From IMG/VR virus record IMGVR_UViG_3300012926_000005, positions 1 through 59,548 of that record: a DNA stretch of 59,548 bases, one strand, 5' to 3'. Below the pieces are notes generated by a model. The model was given only the letters and a program-made list of their open reading frames with translations, was not told where the DNA came from and did not search any database. Positions 55,895 through 59,548 of this stretch are shown piece after piece. A program made the position numbers and the translations under genes. The first letter of the stretch is position 1. Each line of letters opens with the position of its first letter. Source of the stretch: a virus (taxonomy: Duplodnaviria > Caudoviricetes).

Positions 55895-57088
55895 ATGTCT
55901 TTGTTCGATCAAGTAAGCGTAAGCACTCTTCCAGCCTATACAAAGGGCTTGGTCAGCCGGACATTGTTTACGGCTACGGCGTTGCTGAGAACGCTCCGCA
56001 GCAATAAAAGCATTTACAAGCCGTGGCAGGGCGGGAGCTTCATGCTGAACCCGTTCGAGAATCAGCCGCTTCCGGCTGGGCCGTACTCTCCGGGTACTGA
56101 CACTTTCACGCTTGAGGAACGGCAGACGTTTGACGGCATGATTTTCCAGCCGAAAGCGTATAACGCTCAAGTGGTCATCAACGCGGCTATCACAGACCTG
56201 TACAACACACGGGGGCCGAGCCAGATTGTTGATGTGCTGAAAGAAAAGTACGGCAATGGCTCAAACTCGTTGGATTCTCAGGTAGCGGCAGACCTGTATA
56301 TTCATGGCCAGGGATCGTCTTCGACTGTGGCCAGCAACCGTATCAAGGCGGTCAACGGATTCGCGGAAGCCCTGAACGACGGCTTTACCCCGGCGTGGAA
56401 TGGTGACGTGTTCACGCTCTACGGCAGTCAGACGCGCAACAATGCGTCCAACGGCACTGTACTGAATAGCGTTCCGTTCTGGGGCGGCAATCCGGACGGA
56501 ACATCAGCTCCTATCAGCCTTCAGATTTTGAACCAACTGTACTGGAACTGTAAACAGGGCAAGGGCGAAGGTAAGTTGATCGGCGGTCATCCGGACATGG
56601 GATTCGCTTCTGACTTCCTCTGTGGGCGCATCGCTGGATTGGTTTATCCGATGCAGCGGGCCGACGTGGATGTAGAGCACGTTGGGGTAGGCATGAAGGG
56701 TATCAAGGTCAACGGTGCGATCATCTTCCCTGACTCCTACTCGCCGGGTACGCAAAATGCGCGGTACATCCAAGATCAGAGCGTGTTGAGCCGGATAACC
56801 ACGGGCACGATTACTAATCCTGTTTCTGTCGATTCAAACACGACACTGAGCAATTTCCCGTCACGGTCAGGCGGCGTCACGACTCTGACGGTCGGTGAAG
56901 TGTTTACATGGTGGAGAACTGACACATGGCGTTTCAGCTATCCCAAGACGGGAATCTACGCATTCAAGAATTCCGGCTTGCAGATGGCGATTGACGGCGA
57001 CATGAAGGCGGATGTGATTCGTGCGGCGATGGTGTTCTGTACGCTGGTGCCGTCGAGTAACCAACAGGCATTTGGCTTTTCAGGCTAG
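55895..57088 (+). CDS. Major capsid protein
   Basis: 397 aa; AGGAG RBS; position after scaffold; HK97-like pattern (GG.F...P, G..G...NGA.I.PD). Confidence 0.8.
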   Translation: MSLFDQVSVSTLPAYTKGLVSRTLFTATALLRTLRSNKSIYKPWQGGSFMLNPFENQPLPAGPYSPGTDTFTLEERQTFDGMIFQPKAYNAQVVINAAITDLYNTRGPSQIVDVLKEKYGNGSNSLDSQVAADLYIHGQGSSSTVASNRIKAVNGFAEALNDGFTPAWNGDVFTLYGSQTRNNASNGTVLNSVPFWGGNPDGTSAPISLQILNQLYWNCKQGKGEGKLIGGHPDMGFASDFLCGRIAGLVYPMQRADVDVEHVGVGMKGIKVNGAIIFPDSYSPGTQNARYIQDQSVLSRITTGTITNPVSVDSNTTLSNFPSRSGGVTTLTVGEVFTWWRTDTWRFSYPKTGIYAFKNSGLQMAIDGDMKADVIRAAMVFCTLVPSSNQQAFGFSG

Positions 57089-57119
57089 TAGTCTAACGTT
57101 AGACACGGAGAGTTTAGAA

Positions 57120-57767
57120 ATGTTCAATTTTACCGACAAGTCGCTTTACAACATCGCCGTGGCAAATGGTGGACTGAATAACATCAACGTGTCCAACCTG
57201 GGCCAAATCAGCACGATTGTTACAGGCATCGGCGGCGGCACAATTAGCTACGGCAGCTTGGACGACGTAGGCAAGCGTTGCTGGGTCGAAGCGGCCAATA
57301 TCGGACTGGTGACAGTCACGGCCAACGGTACGCTATTTGGTGGTCTGTATCAGCTTGTCCAAGTGGACTCTACGGCGCTGGCGTCTAACGTGGCCGTGGG
57401 GCGTGTGGCCTATATCAAGAATACGGCAGCGGGCAACGCGGCCTATCAGGTTACAGACGAATCAGTGGCTACGGCCAATACAGAAGTGGCCGGAATTTTC
57501 CTGAACACCGTCACACCGGGTAACTTCTGCGCTATCTGTATCGGCGGAAAAGTCAATGTCAAGCTGAAGGCGACAATCTCCAACGGCGCAGCGGCAGAAG
57601 GCGACAGCCTATTCAGTGGCGGCGGCTCTGGGTCAGTCGATGACTTGACTACTGCGGTGACTTGGGGAACTAACTTGCTGGGCAAGTTTCTTGGGACTGC
57701 TTTGGCCGTTCCGGTCAACAACACAACCATTGCGATGCAGATTCGCGGAGTCTTGGGGATTTACTAA
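57120..57767 (+). CDS. Putative capsid decoration/cement protein
   Basis: Follows the MCP; 'YQLVQ', 'AGIF...VT.GNF..I..GG'. Confidence 0.6.
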   Translation: MFNFTDKSLYNIAVANGGLNNINVSNLGQISTIVTGIGGGTISYGSLDDVGKRCWVEAANIGLVTVTANGTLFGGLYQLVQVDSTALASNVAVGRVAYIKNTAAGNAAYQVTDESVATANTEVAGIFLNTVTPGNFCAICIGGKVNVKLKATISNGAAAEGDSLFSGGGSGSVDDLTTAVTWGTNLLGKFLGTALAVPVNNTTIAMQIRGVLGIY

Positions 57768-58093
57768 TGGCCTTTCCTGATCCTACAGTAATGCCAGCAA
57801 CGGGTATCGGCAACAAGAGCATGACTATTGTGTCGCTCCACGGCCCTACATCTTACCTAACGGGCGGCGTGATTGTTGGAGCGGCAACGTTCTTGTTGCA
57901 AAAGCTGGACTTTGTTGAGCCGATGGAACTAAGTACAGACGCTTTGTCGTTTGTCCGCATTGTATCTACGCCCGTGGCTGGTGGAGCGGCTACGGTAAAA
58001 GTTCTGTGGTTGGTGGCGGCTACGGGATTAGAAGTCGGGAATGGCACGAACTTGAGCGCCAAAAGAATCACGTGTCTTGCGCTGGGTAATTAG
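57767..58093 (+). CDS. Small structural protein
   Basis: 'SY.TGG', 'EV.NGTNLS......A.G' pattern of minor head proteins. Confidence 0.6.
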   Translation: MAFPDPTVMPATGIGNKSMTIVSLHGPTSYLTGGVIVGAATFLLQKLDFVEPMELSTDALSFVRIVSTPVAGGAATVKVLWLVAATGLEVGNGTNLSAKRITCLALGN

Positions 58094-58101
58094 GAGAGAA
58101 A

Positions 58102-59163
58102 ATGGCAGTTCAAACGGCAAATCTCGCTTCACTGAACGCGCAATTATCTGTCTCCGTAGATGTGGCGACACTTCCAAGTGTCGGCAGCGTGGGCGTCCAG
58201 ATTTCAGGAAATTTTACCGGCACAATTTCCTTCTTTGGTAGTATCGACGGCAGTAATCTATTCGCCGTGGCTGCGGTGCCGATTACGGCAGCAGGTGGAG
58301 CGGCTGTAGCGTCTACGACTTCAGGTGGCCAGTGGGCAATTACTGTCAACGGATTCAATCTTGTCATCATTAAGATGTCTTCTTACTCTGCTGGAACTGC
58401 GGTAGTTTCTACAGACGTAACGGTGGCTCCGGTAGGCGTTCCGGCGTTCCTTTCGGCCTTGTCTCAAGGTGACAACAACGGTGGGCCTCCGCTAGCTTCA
58501 GGTTTGCCGTCGCTGTCCCTATTTGGATCGGACAATGACAAGAATTTTCAAGGATCAGACAACGCTCAAATTATCTGTACTGCCGTAGCAGGGCAGGCGT
58601 TTATCACGTTCCTTGACAATCCTTGGATTCAAGGTCTGACGATTGGACAGGCAATTCTCTTGTCGGCTGCGCCTAACAGTGCGGCCATAGAGGAAGTGAT
58701 AGTAGGCACGAATAACACCCCGTCCACTGGTACAGGAACGTTCGTAGTCAATCTATTGAACGCGGTAGTCAATAACGGCTCAAACTACGGAACGTTTGAT
58801 GTCTTTGGCGTGGATGGGCCGACGACTATCGGTATTAATTCTTCAGCGCCGGGATTGTCAGTACCAGGGCAGACGGTAACAGGGGTGAAGGGGGCGCTAC
58901 AGTTGCTTTACAACCCCTCTGCGTCCGACTCTAAACGTCCTATTGTGCCGACGATCATGTCGAAGGGTAACCCGGGTGTTATGGCGGTACAAAATGTACC
59001 GGACGCCGTCGGGGCCAATGATCTTACGTTTATCAGGCAGTTATTGGAAAAACTCGTAACATTGCAGAGTCTCAATAACTTCCTTCTGGCACAATTGAAA
59101 GATGGCGGAACAATGGAAGTTCCTGCGGGGATATTCCCAGAGTCAAACGGCCAAATCAACTAA
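58102..59163 (+). CDS. Structural protein with N-terminal jelly-roll-like domain
   Basis: VQISG.F.GTI.F.GS.DG.N; AGGAG RBS. Confidence 0.6.
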   Translation: MAVQTANLASLNAQLSVSVDVATLPSVGSVGVQISGNFTGTISFFGSIDGSNLFAVAAVPITAAGGAAVASTTSGGQWAITVNGFNLVIIKMSSYSAGTAVVSTDVTVAPVGVPAFLSALSQGDNNGGPPLASGLPSLSLFGSDNDKNFQGSDNAQIICTAVAGQAFITFLDNPWIQGLTIGQAILLSAAPNSAAIEEVIVGTNNTPSTGTGTFVVNLLNAVVNNGSNYGTFDVFGVDGPTTIGINSSAPGLSVPGQTVTGVKGALQLLYNPSASDSKRPIVPTIMSKGNPGVMAVQNVPDAVGANDLTFIRQLLEKLVTLQSLNNFLLAQLKDGGTMEVPAGIFPESNGQIN

Positions 59164-59201
59164 AGTTTTGTAGTTAAAAAAAGGGAGACAGGAGAAACAT
59201 T

Positions 59202-59548
59202 ATGTTAGCAGAAGTTAAAAATCTTACCACTGGTGCGGTTAGCACGGCCAGAGGTTCGTTTGATACCAGTGTTGTCACGCAGGACGCTCACGCTCGTTAT
59301 CAGGAAGCTGTCATGCGCGGCAACGTTTTCATGGTCGCCAGCCAGTCCGGCGTTACGTCGCAGGCCGGGCTGTCACTCACCACGCCAGTGCTCACGCTTT
59401 TCAATCCGAAGGGCAATAACAAGGCTGCGGTTCTGCTTTGGGCAGGCGCGGTTGAAATCATTGCCACGGCTACGACTCACGTAGTTTGGCTGGCGGCAAA
59501 CAACAACGTTGCTGCGGCTGCGGTCACAGGCACGGCGTCAACGGTGAC
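59202..59548 (+). CDS. N-terminal part of a structural protein (3'-truncated)
   Basis: AGGAG RBS; open to the window end: MLAEVKNLTTG...HARYQEAVMRGNVF...LTLFNPKG... Confidence 0.8.
   Translation, partial: MLAEVKNLTTGAVSTARGSFDTSVVTQDAHARYQEAVMRGNVFMVASQSGVTSQAGLSLTTPVLTLFNPKGNNKAAVLLWAGAVEIIATATTHVVWLAANNNVAAAAVTGTASTV

Larger units (their letters stand above)
1423..57104. repeat. Dispersed 14-bp quasi-palindrome GTCYAACGTTRGAC, about 30 copies
   Basis: GTCTAACGTTGGAC starts at 1423, 7653, 14063, 16107, 19517, 29886, 38509, 40225, 44242, 48411, 51315, 54181. Reverse complement GTCCAACGTTAGAC at 5109, 26859, 31536, 33610, 42647, 47429. Perfect palindrome at 57091. One mismatch at 9234, 11361, 21885, 23997, 24500, 31368, 37499, 41141, 46448. 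Two mismatches at 25625, 42156. Counted by eye. Confidence 0.97.
1..59548. mobile_element. Near-complete tailed phage genome (podovirus-like gene layout), circularly permuted
   Basis: Terminase, portal, capsid, lysozyme, DnaB and HNH genes; no host housekeeping genes; both ends fall in what appears to be one structural gene. Confidence 0.95.

Noticed and set aside
1423-57104. 14-bp repeat as a CRISPR array or insertion-sequence end
   Set aside because: Copies are mostly kilobases apart, lack spacer periodicity, show no evident target duplications or transposase, and sit in frame within genes
1423-57104. 14-bp repeat as merely an AclI (AACGTT) restriction site or linker artefact
   Set aside because: Conserved flanks extend to 14 bp, natural-looking degenerate copies exist and ORFs run intact through them; a read-level check is still advisable
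1-59548. Stop-codon reassignment
   Set aside because: Long genes are intact in the standard code, and TAA, TAG and TGA all end genes at tight junctions

Overview
The window is a nearly complete (~59.5 kb) tailed dsDNA bacteriophage genome, opened inside a structural gene whose two halves lie at 59202-59548 and 1-233. The layout is podovirus-like. From 48.4 kb onward come terminase, portal, scaffold and major capsid. From 0.4 to 20.3 kb come adaptors, fibre-like proteins, a large nozzle-like protein and ejection-like proteins, with no tape measure. A rightward recombination/replication arm carries HNHs, an annealing protein, an exonuclease, an initiator with an internal iteron origin, a loader and DnaB. 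A leftward early operon encodes a Ycf46-like AAA+ ATPase with DUF1257- and DUF2997-like partners. I found no integrase, DNA polymerase, tRNA or CRISPR array. Main unexplained signals: (1) about 30 copies of a 14-bp quasi-palindrome, GTCYAACGTTRGAC, spread evenly over the genome, both inside genes and at gene junctions; (2) an AAA+ domain whose Walker B block precedes its Walker A block; (3) fibre-like virion genes that begin with signal peptides; (4) a set of TTGATAAA-containing, often leaderless promoters; (5) tiny Lys/Gly-rich and poly-proline ORFs absent from the ORF track. All family names come from motif recognition by eye, not from database searches.
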